Source: Eledone cirrhosa
Taxonomy: Eukaryota
DNA length: 64,000 nucleotides
Direction: 5' to 3'
Assembly: GCA_964016885.1 (NCBI GenBank)
Contig: OZ024755.1
Span: 9,672,001-9,736,000, forward strand
The translations under genes were made by a program, and so were the position numbers. Below are positions 1-13,319 of the stretch, piece by piece; position 1 is the first letter of the stretch; each line of letters begins with the position of its first letter. Under the pieces are notes generated by a model. That model worked only from the letters and a program-made list of their open reading frames with translations, did no database searches and was not told the origin of the DNA.

Positions 1-221
1 AAAATTATATTTTATCAAAATATTTGCTACTGAAAGAAACTTTTCTGTTAATCTGCCTACAACCCCAATACACCCGTTGTATATCCATGTTTTACATGAG
101 TCACTAAATCCTTTTAAGGTGGTGCCCCAGCATGGTCATAGTCCAATGACTGAACCCAGTAAAAGAAATTTTAGAAAAGAAAGATCCAAGAAAATGTTTG
201 TAGAAATCAATAAGCCACTTA

Positions 222-497
<276 letters not shown>

Positions 498-774
498 TTA
501 GCCTTAAGTCCTGAACCACATAAAACCACATTAGTAAGACATTATTGAACAGTTCAAAACAACACTATGACTCTGTCACATGAGAGATTAAAGCCTTTAT
601 TACTGCAAATCATTACAACGATCTGTTCACTAGTAAAGCTATTATAAATATTTGAATTAAACCCACTTTTAGATATTTTCTGCTAAATCCTTATTAGATG
701 GTTAAAGTTAATTTATACTAATGATTCTCACTTATCTCCCAGGGAAGGAAAAGAATCCACACTGAGAAAAAAAT

Positions 775-962
775 TGTATATATATCAAATGAAATGCTAA
801 TATAGCCAACTATAGTGTACATTGTATATATATATATCAAATGAAATACCAATATATCCAACTACAGTGTATATATATCATGAAATACCAATATACCCAA
901 CTGTAGTGTACATTGTGCATATATATCAAATGAAATATGAATGTACCCAACTACAGAGTATA
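775..962. repeat. Degenerate ~40-55 bp intronic minisatellite
   Basis: About 4 copies of tatatcaaatgaaata...ccaactacagtgtac. Confidence 0.7.
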
Positions 963-969
963 TATATTA

Positions 970-1413
<444 letters not shown>

Positions 1414-1900
1414 TTAACATGTTTGAACTCCTTTCCAACAGTTCATAACTTCAAAGCTAGATGGGATTACTAGTTTATTGATGTGACGTTAGTCAATCAA
1501 AGTAGTCATTTTACTTAAGAAAAACTTGGCACAGCAACTGTAGCTGTGTAAATTATATGCAGCAGTCAACACAACAGGTTAAAGAAACATTTAGTAGTAG
1601 TGCTGGTGCCATGATTAAAGCATCCAGTCCACCCTTAAAAGGTGGTAGGACCAGGGTCACAATAAATGTTCCCAGTCCACTCTGTAAAGTGTTAGTGATA
1701 TCACAATAAAATGCACTCAGTACATACTGTAAAGTGGTTGGTATTAGGATGAGCATCCAGCTATAGAAACCACAACAAAATGAAACATGATCAAAAGATG
1801 GTTTTCTGAGCTGTCTAGTCTCAGAACATAAACACCCTAACTACTAATCCAAGTGTTTACACAGTATATAAAAGAATATAATAAATAACTTAGTATTTAC

Positions 1901-2042
1901 TTTGTATTAGAGAACTCAAGACTGATAACATTAAATATTTTGTCTCGATCGGGGCTGTTGTAGTATTCTGTCCATTCTCGCATCAACATCTTATAGTCCT
2001 CTTGCCGGGCAACATCAATAACATCGATTTCGCGCATAGATC
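1901..2042 (-). CDS. KDM7A/PHF8: KDM7A/PHF8-like, exon 6
   Basis: GSMREIDVIDVARQEDYKMLMREWTEYYNSPDRDKIFNVISLEFSNTK. Confidence 0.93.
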
Positions 2043-2104
2043 CTGGAAAGATCATCGATATAGATATATTACATAGATCCTGGAAAGAACATTAAGGGGA
2101 TTTG

Positions 2105-2375
2105 GGGGTTCTTAATGAAAAGAGCCACTAGTATTATTATCTTGTTACAGCTTTCAGCTATGAAAGTTTAGCTGACCTCCACAGAGTTGCATCTCATAGG
2201 AGGTTTCTTGGGTATTTTAATGAAAAGAGCCACTAGTAGAAGGTTTAGCTAACCTCTGCAGAGTTGCATCCCATAGGAGATTTTTTGGGGTATTTTAATG
2301 ATATCATTATTATGTTATAGCTCACACCTATGCAAGTTTGGCTGGCCTCCAGTCAGATGGCATTTCATGAGGTTT
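2105..2375 (+). repeat. ~95-100 bp satellite-like repeat; same family as 58790-59300
   Basis: Recurrent catctcataggaggtttcttgggtattttaatg. Confidence 0.65.
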
Positions 2376-2692
2376 AATAACATAACAAACGTTTTCATTT
2401 TTAGACTGGTGTTAGGAGCATAATAAAATTCTCTTACATAAAATTTAATTTGAGGGGAGGGTAATTTATGGTTCTTATGTTGAAAGATTTGAATTTAAAT
2501 AGGCTTTAAAGTAGATGGTTTGGTTTCATAGAACCAGAGCCAGTTTGGGCCAAGTTGGTATGAAAAGGTCTATAATAAACAGTTTTAACATCATAGAAAG
2601 AACCATTTGGTATTAAAAGGGTTAAAATGAATATTAGATTTATAAATAAAACATGCAATAAAGTTTTTAAAAAAGATCAATTTGCTACATAC

Positions 2693-2856
2693 CCACAAGG
2701 TTTTCTATGTCTTGTATAGAGAAGTCATATGGTGGTACTTTTATTTCAAGACCATCTTTTTTTTCTACTAAGATGGGAACTTCAAAGCCATTCTCTTCAA
2801 AGTAAGGTACGGTTAGATCACTGCCTTTTACCCGTAATATAGGAATTTCACTTGCA
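2693..2856 (-). CDS. KDM7A/PHF8: KDM7A/PHF8-like, exon 5
   Basis: ASEIPILRVKGSDLTVPYFEENGFEVPILVEKKDGLEIKVP...IENLVG. Confidence 0.93.
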
Positions 2857-2891
2857 CTGAAATAAAAATAATGATAATTATTAATATTATT

Positions 2892-3226
2892 GGAGGTACA
2901 TGGCTTAGTGGTTAGAGCATTGGCCTTGCAATTGAAAGGTTGTGAGTTCAATTCTCAGACCAGGTGATGCGTTGCTTCCTTGAGCAAGACACTTTATTTC
3001 ACACTGCACCAGTTTACTCAGCTGTAGAAATGAAATGATAGGGACTGGGGTCCCTATCATTCCACTGCAAAGTGATCGTGGAGGTGCCACGGCAAAAAAA
3101 GCACCCAGCACTCACTGTAAATGAGGTTGGTGTTAGGAAGGGCATCCAGCTGTAGAAATCAAGCCAGAATCAGTTTCCGTCCCACCCTTGCAAGCAGGGA
3201 AAAAACGGACATAAAAATGATGATGA
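2892..3226 (+). mobile_element. tRNA-derived CORE-type SINE with RTE-like 3' tail
   Basis: A box tggcttagtgg, B box gagttcaattc, CORE-like ccttgagcaagacactt...cagtttactcagctgtagaaatg, (tga)n tail; closely similar reverse copy at 60918-61234. Confidence 0.85.
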
Positions 3227-3941
3227 TTATTATACACAATTTTGTACATATATGATTCCTCATTAACATGTCACTCAGTTCTCAGAACTACTTCCATGCT
3301 TATTTCACTCTAGCTATTATCAATGTCTGGTCCACCTTTTCCATTCCCATCACACCCATTATTTAACTCTGCTGGCATGGGTTGGAGAGGTCATCCCAGA
3401 CGTAGTCAGTACTTAATTGAAGTTACTGTCCTCTCACCGATAGTCGGGAGGGTTCTTATATCTCACTTACATGCAGTCTGGTTTTGATGGGGTTTCTACT
3501 GCTGTATGCCCTTCCTAATACCAACCTCTTTCCTAGGTAACAAAAACAATATATATACACACACACACATAAAATATATATCCTCTACACACATCGTCCA
3601 TGTCTCAGTACCATCCACTTGGTATTGTGGACCGCAAAGTATTTGTGTACTAGCTGTATATATGTAGGTAACACGGTAAAAACCTCCCAGTCCACACTGT
3701 AAACGTGGTTGGTGTTAGGAAGGGCATCCAGCCATAGAAAACCCGCCAGACAGTCCTATACGAGCAGGATAACCAATCTTGCCTCAAGTGGGAAAACTCC
3801 CATCCAAATCCATGCAAGCGTGGAAAATGGACGTTAAACGATGATGATGTTGATGATGATGACCCCAAGAGATAAAAAGCTGAATAACAATTAGAAAATC
3901 AAGTGCATATTTATACAAAGTAAAATTTAACAATACAATAC

Positions 3942-4000
3942 CTTGTAAAATTTCTGTTTTTTAATTCTTTTATGAAAGTCACAGTTCCAGTCTGCACTGC
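3942..4000 (-). CDS. KDM7A/PHF8: KDM7A/PHF8-like, exon 4
   Basis: AVQTGTVTFIKELKNRNFTS, resembling the linker of PHF8/KDM7A; phases fit. Confidence 0.92.
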
Positions 4001-4322
4001 CTTGAAAAATAAATAAATCACAAAATAGAAATCAGTTTATGCAAATGAGTTAGAAATGAGTTATTCCTAACATGTATAAAGGTAAAACCATGTATGAAAT
4101 AACAAAGATAAATGAGAGGAGATATAATTGGTTTAATAAATCACACAGAGATTGAACCCAAAGTGAACCCTGTGAAACATGAAATATAAAGCTTCAACAC
4201 ACACATATACAGAGAACTAAACTAAAATATCTGGTTCTCAACCCTCACAGACAGCTTCACTGGTCTACTGAAATAAAATAATCAGGAAAATATTTCAGTA
4301 AACAAAATAGGATTTGACTTAC

Positions 4323-4378
4323 TTTTGATGAGTCTGTTTCAGAGTAATCGTGGCGATGCCAGTTACGTCTTTTCTTCA
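4323..4378 (-). CDS. KDM7A/PHF8: KDM7A/PHF8-like, exon 3
   Basis: LKKRRNWHRHDYSETDSSK (KKRRNWHRHDY is typical of KDM7A). Confidence 0.93.
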
Positions 4379-4926
4379 CTGGAGTGAAAATATTTCAGAA
4401 AAACAGTTAGGAAAATATTACTAAATAGATGCAGACAGAGAAATATATAAAATATATTATATAATACATAATATACATCATCATCATTTTACAACTATTT
4501 TTCCATGTAGGCTAAACAAAAGGTTGGGAGGACCCTTTAGTCATGTCAAGGACATGACACCCTCCTTAGTGCTGGTGATCTACACACTAAAAGCACCCAG
4601 GTAGTTGGTGTTAGGAAAAGTATCCAGCCATAAAAAATTTGCCAAACAAGGAGTTAGGAGGATCCTTTAGTTTGTGTCAAAAGACAAACAACTTCTCCTT
4701 TGCACTCAATATGACTGTACATAAGCAGGATATAGACCTCCTTGGCCTACCTGGGATGTCAGTGGCTTTACTTCAGTACTGACTTGATCTATGTAGACCC
4801 ATCCATTCCTTGCTAGCAGGGAAAGCGGACGTTAAATAATGATGATGATGATGTATTGTAAAGTTATAGTACTGTACTTACAAGTGAGAAGATGGTAGTA
4901 TTGTAAAAATATAATACTATACTTAC

Positions 4927-5012
4927 ATGTGAGAGGCCCATGTTCTTTCTGACAGTTTGGGCAATGGTATATCTCAATATCGGAAGCTTGATGTTCTTGG
5001 ACACCAACACAA
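4927..5012 (-). CDS. KDM7A/PHF8: KDM7A/PHF8-like, exon 2 (PHD finger second half)
   Basis: [29 protein letters not shown]. Confidence 0.95.
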
Positions 5013-6298
5013 CTAACAAAAAATAAAAATTGAATTTTTTTATTAGATTAAATAAATAAAAATATATACAGCTAGTACACAAATACTTTGTGGTCCACAA
5101 TACCAAGTGGATGGTACTGAGACCTGGACGATGTGTGTAGAGGATATATGAAAATTGGAAAGAAATGAAGCTTGCATGCTCTGATGGATGTGTAATAGTA
5201 ATATACATGAATGGCAAAGCATAAATGAACTGAGAGAGAAACTGGGCATAAGAGGGGTCAGTGTGCAAGAAAGGAAACTGCAGTGGTATTGACATGTGAT
5301 ACATATGGAGGATGATAGCTGTATAAAAAGTGCAGGGCATTGTAGGTGATATATGGGATGAAGTGATAAAAGCTGACCTCACAAAATCAAAACTCTCAAA
5401 GGCAATGGCACAAGATCGAGATCCCTGGCATTATGCAATATAGCAGAAGACCCGTCTTCCCATGTGCATGAGATGAAGCATACATCTAGGGGGCACTAGT
5501 ATGTACTGCTTCTCTCCTCTCCCCTTCCATATCTTAACACCCCATCTTTCACCGGCTAAGTACCCCACCTTAGACCTACCTCTCCAATTACCATCCTAAC
5601 ACATGCACCCCCCCCCCCCCTTCATATTCCAAATCTGATACACCTCTCTTGTGCAACACACGCATACAAGCATGGAAAGCTGGACATGTTCCTCCACATT
5701 GTTGCTGAAATGGTTAAAAACTGTCAGTCTAACCATGCTATCTAAACATTATGTATTCATGAGCTGTCATAACAACAACAGGATAGGACTTGGATTTCTA
5801 TTATAAAAACACCCGAGAAGTGCTTGAAACTTTCCTAAGATTTCATAAATAGTTGATTTCCTATACATAGATGGGTATTACATATGTGGGTATTACATAT
5901 GTGAGACCCTACAGTATTGATAAGGGTATGTGAGCGACAGAGAGGGAGAGGGCTTAATGTATGTATTCAGCTGTTTTCAATACAGAGATTGTTCACAACC
6001 CTTGCTTCGAAGTCGACAGGTTTAGGCAAGTACTTGGCTGAGTAAACAGATACTATAAAGGGATTCTATTTTATTTTTCATAATTATTTCAGTAAATGAA
6101 ACAAAACAAAAACATTATGATGGTTTTGAGAGACAGAGGGGAAATAACTCACATGATAATAGAAAAGAAAGTTAATATGCAAAACTAAGGTAAATCAACT
6201 ACGAATACTTGTATATACATATATATCAACTGTCTACGTTGGTATCTAGGTTAGAACTACTTTGGTTTTCGAACAGAATCACGAATAATATTTAATAG

Positions 6299-6346
<48 letters not shown>

Positions 6347-7618
6347 ATAGTAAATATATATATATATTTAATAGTCAATATATATATATATACATCGATA
6401 ACTGCTATTATAAAGATATAAATATAAAATAAAAACAAATGTACTTATGAAAATGTTTATATATACACATATATAAATAAGTGTTGATGCGCTAGCAGCT
6501 GAAAAGTAAAGATTTAGCATCTGATACTAACTTCCCCTGCATCTGGCGATCGTGAAAAGTGAAACAGCTTCACAGAATTAATCGTAATCAATAACAGTCT
6601 GTGAGGAATATCGATATAAAGCAGTTAGCAATAATAAAACAGTACCTTCAATACGATTTTATTAATGCTAACTGCTTTTAATGGCTGGCAATAGCAACGA
6701 ATTTAGTAAAAAAAATAAAAAAATAAAAAAAATGGAAGTAACAACGCCATTCACTATCTTTAGGAAAAAAAATAATAATAGTTGGAATCGTTTGAATAAG
6801 GAGCGTAAATGGTTGTTTACAATTGTTATTTAATGAAGGAGACGTTCTTGGTTATAATGGTGGTGGTGGTAGTGGCAGCAGTATTGATAATATATATGTA
6901 TATTCACAATTCGAATATAAAAAAAAGTTCTTAGTTATAATTAATTGTATTTATAAAATATAACGTTTTCTCAATAGTAAGTAATAATAACACTAAAAAA
7001 AATATGATGAAAGAAAAGTCAAGTTCGAGCTGAGTGTGTGTAAGTAAATATAGCACTGTATCTGAGATAGAAGCAAGACGATCTGCTTTTCTCGTATACA
7101 CTAATTACACTAACATATTTTATCGACATTACACAAGCTCGTCGCAGAATTATAAATATGATTGTTAGAAGCATAAAGCAATATATAAAATCTATAACGA
7201 AATTTAGAGAGAATTATTAAAATTTGTTGAGCAAACGTTAAAGATTTGAAAATGTATTAATGTCAATAAAACGTAACTAGGTCCAACTGAAGAAAGTGAC
7301 AGGGGCATCATATATACAAACAAACATAATAGAGCCACTTATGTTAAGATTGAAATTCGTTTTATCAATATGATTTAGGTTTATTTAACGCTATATAAAG
7401 GTATAAATAAATACGTATTAATTAATAAAATGAAAAGATTTTAGAAAATCGAAAATGACAGGTAGGTTAAAAAAAACAGGGTGTATATGGATAGAAATGT
7501 TGATGGAAAATAAGAAAAACAGTGCAGCCTGCTTGAAAGGACGGGTGTATGTTTGGCTGCATGCTTACTGCAAATATGTAAACGAACATTAGAAAAAGGT
7601 TAATAGATGCATACTTAC

Positions 7619-7722
7619 TTTCCATGAAACCAGTCATTGCAGACGTCGCATTCGATCATAAACCGCGTATCATCATAAGGTAGGCGACATAAACAGTACA
7701 CAGTTTCATCCTCAGCCGCCAT
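7619..7722 (-). CDS. KDM7A/PHF8: KDM7A/PHF8-like, first coding exon (PHD finger)
   Basis: [34 protein letters not shown], then GTAAGT donor. Confidence 0.96.
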
Positions 7723-7753
7723 GATGAGGGTTTCCCCTTAACAGAACAATGAT

Positions 7754-8046
7754 CCGGAAGTGACACGAGTGTGTGTTGCATGCTGGGTAAAACTAACACT
7801 CATTACACTATCTCCTTGCCTCTTGCTTCAATCATGACCAGCAGTAAAACAACTGCCTGCTTTTTACTCCTGTCTCTCTATCTAACACACATACACACTT
7901 AAACAGCAGCACAGCTTTTATACACCAACTATATATTATATCTGGTCACACTAACACTACTCCACACTTGATTCACTCGGACTAACAAGAGAAAAAAAAT
8001 GTAGAGCAGCCGTCCTTTTTTTTTCTTTTCTAGTGCCGCCATATCT
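7754..8046 (-). promoter_or_regulatory. Putative KDM7 promoter motifs: ETS (CCGGAAGT 7754-7761), ZNF143/Staf-like (7777-7789), YY1 (8035-8046)
   Basis: Motif matches just upstream of the ATG; TSS not determinable from sequence. Confidence 0.5.
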
Positions 8047-8379
8047 GTTTTTTTCTAATTGTTTTTGCTAAAAAATGAAGCATCTTGTGTGATTTAAATT
8101 ACTCGTTATTATATATAATTATATATGTATATATATATATATAGGGAGTGGTTATTAAGAGAAGTGGATTTATTGTTTGATAAATATTTAATATATAATC
8201 ATAATCATCAATGTCCTTTAAAATAATTTTTGCTAAAAATGACGCATCTTGTGTGGTTTAAATTGCTTGTTAGTATTTCTTTTGGTTAACAGAATCACAT
8301 TTATTGTTAAATTAATATTCAACATATATTATCGTAATCATCTATGCCTCTTCATATATATATATATATATATACACAC

Positions 8380-8426
<47 letters not shown>

Positions 8427-8605
8427 TACACTTACATATGTATACACATACACACAAACATATATACATATATATACACATTAGATGCCTTTTTAAAATT
8501 ATTTTTTTGCAAAAAATGACGCATTTTGTTTCATTTGAATGATTTTGATTGCTTGATTTACTTTTTGTGGGCTTTATTATTAGATTAATATTTGATATAT
8601 ATTTC

Positions 8606-8814
8606 AAAATATAGTCGCCGCAATGCAGATAACTATAATAATAGTTGATTACGTATAAATTACCCCTGAAAATGGAAAAAGTGTACAGAAACTTCGAGGC
8701 TGCGTGGATCGTTTCCCCGCGTACGTTTCAATCCATTTTCCCCGTCTCCAGGAGTACTTTACCCGATTTATTTAACCATTATTATAGTCATTTGCATCGC
8801 GGCGACTAAATTTT
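8606..8814. mobile_element. Palindromic MITE-like element
   Basis: ~40-bp imperfect terminal inverted repeats (tagtcgccgcaatgcagataactataataat / attattatagtcatttgcatcgcggcgacta) plus weaker internal symmetry. Confidence 0.75.
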
Positions 8815-10432
8815 CCAATGATTCTGGAGTTAACCAGTGTTAAACCCCCCCCCCCCTCTATAATATGGACGAGGTGTTAAATTTTCATTACATTTATTGC
8901 GGTGTGACGCGCGTTTCGCGATTGATCGGCTCAAGGTTCGATCTGTATAGATCGGGCCCGACACTGGAATCAAAAGCTCATCTGACATCTATAATATTTA
9001 TATTCAAATACATTTTAGGAATTTAAACAAAATTTATATAAAAAGAGAAAATTCACATTCAATCACATCACAAGAGGTGTTGGAGCAAGCTAACTTATTT
9101 GCAATATTGCCGTGGGTAGTAGCAAGGCCGAGGCGTTGGAATAGAAATTAGACGTTAAATGGTGATGATGAATTATTGCCTGGTCGCAACAAATCTTTGA
9201 TATCTCCCATAATTAAACATGACATTCTAATGAATGGCGTTTGATGATGCATACGAATAAAGAATATTTTATATTTTCAGGTTTCAGTATGATTTGGTTG
9301 CTCAAGCACCCAGTGTAGGGTGTTCAACTCATAATCAGAAGGTAGTGAGTTCCATTCCTGGACTGGGTGGTGCATTACACTTTATTTCAGCTTTCTCTGC
9401 CACGTTGAATCTTCCCTCCTGTCTATGGAATGCTCAGCCACTTGCACATAAATTTCATGAGCAGGCTGTTCCATTATTAAAAAAACTGGAATACTTATTC
9501 AAGCTGAAAGAGGTCCAACACACACACACGTCAACATAGAAATTGGTGTAGGCATGGCTGGTTAAGGAGATTGCTTTGCAACTATGGGTTCAGGTTCAAT
9601 CCCACCTTAAACAAGTGTCTTATGAGTGAAATTTGGTAGTAAATCAGTGCTTAATTGAATTTAATGTCCCCCGCATATGGACTATGTGTTACATATATTC
9701 TAATTTTGGCATGGTTTCTATAGATGGATGCCTTTCCTACCACAAACTCTTTAGAGAGAGAAATAATTGAAGAATGGTCTCAAGAAACAATCTCACGAAG
9801 ATGACACACGTACGAACCGACTGGCAATATGCCAAGATACAAAAGACCCACCAGTACAAGCACTGCAACACTAAAAGTAAATGTGTGAAACAGTATTTAG
9901 CAATTGAATGAGACAATGTAGAGTCTTAGATGTATTTTCTGTCTGGATGAACTGTCTAGTATTGATGCCACAAAAACACAACCTGTACACTTTGTAAAGT
10001 AGTGGTGGTGGTGCCTCAAAAATGTGCAGTACACCCTATAAGGTGGTTGGAACATGAGATCACTCAGACCATGCCAGCATATGGGAAACTAAGTGATGAT
10101 GATGTGTCCTAAAGTCGAAGTCTTGAAATATATTTGAATGTATCTTTAATACATATTGGAATAATAATGGTTTCTATATTTGGCACAAGCCCAGCAGTTT
10201 TGAGGGGAGGAGAAGGTTGATTGCATCAGCTTCAGTACTTGGCTGATACTTTATATTATTGACCTCAGAAGGATAAAAGACAATGTTGACCTTGGTGGAT
10301 AGTTAATGCTAAAGAGTTAAGCTAGTGTTTGGAATATAACTTAAAAATTCTTAAATAAAATTATGATAGGTTTTTAGATAAATATAAACAAAGTGGGGTA
10401 TCAAAAGGGGTTAAAGAATAGTAATATCTCTT

Positions 10433-10470
10433 ATGCTTCTCAGTCTTTTGGCTAAGATCAAAGTGTAGTA
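10433..10470 (+). pseudogene. U2: 5' fragment (~38 nt) of U2 snRNA
   Basis: atgcttctcagtcttttggctaagatcaaagtgtagta matches the U2 5' end through the GUAGUA branch-point recognition sequence. Confidence 0.85.
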
Positions 10471-10661
10471 GCTCTTATACACCAGCCAGGTCTAAGGGGG
10501 ATAATATGACTTGCTCTTATAATATATGGTCAAGTAAAGTGTTAGCACAAGCAACCAAGTCGACAAAAGGAAACAATAGACTCCAACAAAGCACCTTTAC
10601 AATCTAATGATAAAAGTTAGGAGAGGGGTAACTTTCTGGAACCTTGGTTGGACAGAATATC

Positions 10662-10975
10662 TCAGCTGTGTCTTACAGACAAGATGGTGAACACATTCCT
10701 ATGGAGAACAGCCAGCGATGTCAACTGCATCAGCCATTCCACCTTGCAGGGCTCCTTCAGGTGTATACTCGTCAAGATTTGGTGGAGGAAAATGGCAGTT
10801 TGGAGACTGAGGACACTGGATGTATCAATAGTGACCAGCAAAAAATGGAAACAGTCAGTCAATGCTTGGTATTTAGTCATCTGCTGCACTTCTCTGTTGT
10901 GGGCTTGGTACCAGAGGTTGAGCCTGAAGCAATTTTGGCATCAGTGGTGTCACATGTTACATCCTAGTCTGTGAT
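10662..10975 (-). mobile_element. CRE-clade non-LTR retrotransposon 3' end (restriction-like endonuclease), decayed
   Basis: *DVTCDT, then (other frame) KYQAL...FLLVTIDTSSV...FLHQI...EWLMQLTSLAVLHRNVFTIL, fitting the CRE RLE C-terminal consensus. Confidence 0.7.
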
Positions 10976-11374
10976 GGGAAATAGTAAAGATAAAAGTTAT
11001 GCTAAATGGAATAAATTTAATACAGTAAAGAATTGAAGCCTAACATTTTGGGCATGCCTCACCTATGAAGGGTCTTTTTCTTTCAATGAAATAATTTATA
11101 CAATTTTGTAAACAGTAATTTGAGAGTACAGAATTTCTCAGGGTTGTCTTCTGCAGGAAGAACATAGTTAAGTACAATCTAACATACTTAATGTGGTTAA
11201 AAGAGGTGCCACAGTGACATACAATTTTATCGACTTTGAATGGATGAAAAGCAAAGTCGTTTTTAATCAGTCATTGCCCTCCTAGATGGATTGTCTTCAC
11301 TACGGTTTGCAGAGCCCATAATATTGGTTTGTTGGTCGAATGACATTTCAAAAGTATAGCAATAAATAGAAAAA

Positions 11375-11540
11375 GCAATTCCATTGTGGAAGAATCATTT
11401 TAGCCATTGAACAATACACTAGATCTGTTAACTTCGCTTTACATTTAACATTTATATCTTGGTGTCCAAATTTTTGTCGCACTGTTTGTGACCTGGTCAC
11501 TGACACAGATCAAGTCATTTACCAGAGAAGTATAACGACG
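11375..11540. repeat. Half copy of a dispersed foldback repeat family (also 48850-49502 and 53030-53315)
   Basis: gcaatt...gaatcattttagccatt...tgtttgtgacctggtcactgacacag is shared among the copies. Confidence 0.65.
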
Positions 11541-11850
11541 AAATATGAAGATATGCCGTATATACTAGCGTAAAAGGCGTCCTTTTCTATGGACTGTTTT
11601 AAAGGTTAAATGTATGCGGTTGACTATTACTCTTAAGGGGATAAAATTGACGCTAGAATCCCCAAACACTAAATCAGTATCAGAAATACGGCCATTGCTA
11701 ATTTGTATTGCACTAACATATGTAAGAATTGTGCATCAAAACACTAACCAATAATAGGCTAACGTGGAAAAAACATCATTTCTACATCGTATGTATGGGA
11801 TAATGGCTTGACTAACAAATATATTGATCCTCACATGCATCACCTGATAC

Positions 11851-12021
11851 CTCGGTGGAGCTGAATCGTTGACAGCGAAGTTCTTGTCATCGTTAGCGGC
11901 TCGCCTTACCAAGGTGTCAGGTGATTTACGCGAGGGTGCTTGGTTGTTTCAGAGCCTTAGCCTCGCCATCATTCGCAGGAATGCTGCGAGTGTGTTGGCT
12001 TGCCTCAAAAATTTCCGATGA
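11851..12021 (+). mobile_element. CRE-clade retrotransposon 3' coding remnant
   Basis: LGGAESLTAKFLSSLAARLTKVSGDLREGAWLFQSLSLAIIRRNAASVLACLKNFR*. Confidence 0.8.
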
Positions 12022-12443
12022 CTCTTGTGGTGTGTGACCGATTAACACATTTAGTGTTGAATTGATGTTTTTTTGTGGGGGGGGGGGGGGGGGCTTTTTC
12101 TCTCGCTTTGATTATATATTTTTGTATATTATATTTATAAGGTTCCTAGCAATAATTAATTGTATATAATATTATGTGTGTTTATATTTTCATTCTGTAA
12201 GAATTATAATCAATTTGTAATGTTATTTATACAACTGAATAAAATCTTCAGTAATTGCTCAAATATATCGATCTGTGAAGAACTAGGGCGATCTTTACAT
12301 GAGATATATGGAAAATTTCGAGGTGGGGCTGTTTTTTTTTAACCATAAATAAGGACGGTGAGTTTTATACGGGTATATAGGATAGCTCAAATATTGTTCT
12401 CGTAAGAAAACGTAAATATGTTTTGTTATGATTGTAATATGGT

Positions 12444-12458
12444 GTCGCCATTAGCAAC
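12444..12458 (+). promoter_or_regulatory. RFX X-box, probable CDK20 promoter element
   Basis: GTCGCC-ATT-AGCAAC fits GTNRCC-N0-3-RGYAAC; a candidate donor AG/GTGAAT follows at 12545/12546. Confidence 0.6.
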
Positions 12459-12736
12459 GAGTCAACTGTGTAAATCCCGAGACAGGAAATATCTGGCATA
12501 TGTATAGGACACCTCCGTCTCGTGGACACGATTTAAGTTAAAAAGGTGAATAAAATTATTTCAAATATTTATTTCTCTCCTCTAGATTTCTAAACAATAA
12601 TTAATTATCTACTACAGTAATATATTATCCTAAACTATAAGCAATTATGTTGCTATAATTATATATAAATTAATTATTGCTAGAAGAAATATACCATAAA
12701 ATGCACAGAGGCTGATCAAACATTTTCGTGTGTGTA

Positions 12737-12830
<94 letters not shown>

Positions 12831-13319
12831 CCAGCTAAGTTGGAACAGCTATGAAATCCAATTATATACATAATTATTATTTTGAATCATGCATATATAA
12901 TATATATAGCCGATACTGTCCAGCATCGCTTATTATTTCTTGTTACTAAACTATAATTATATATTAAATATAAAGGCTACACTATTAAACATTTTACGTT
13001 TGTTGTTGTTCGACAAATATTGTTGTGTCAGATACTTAAAGTATATATTTGCCAAGTAATTGATTCATAACACACTCAATGCAATTTTCGTGGAAGAAAG
13101 ACTAAGTATATTCTTTAAGATGGTGTGATTTCGAACGTTGATTAAGTGAGTATGTATTAATATATATAAGGTTTATGGTTGACAAAAGAAACAAATCAAG
13201 AAAATAAGGAATCGGATGGGGGGGGGGCAGGGAACAGACATACACTACAACAAAGAATGTTAGTGTTGTTTATGGGGCGTCACTATCAATAACTCTTTCG
13301 TTTCTTCTCTGTCCCAGAT

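Noticed and set aside
10644-10974. Plus-strand 107-108 aa ORFs as a novel gene or Utopia ORF
   Set aside because: They are the antisense of the CRE remnant and show no recognisable motifs.
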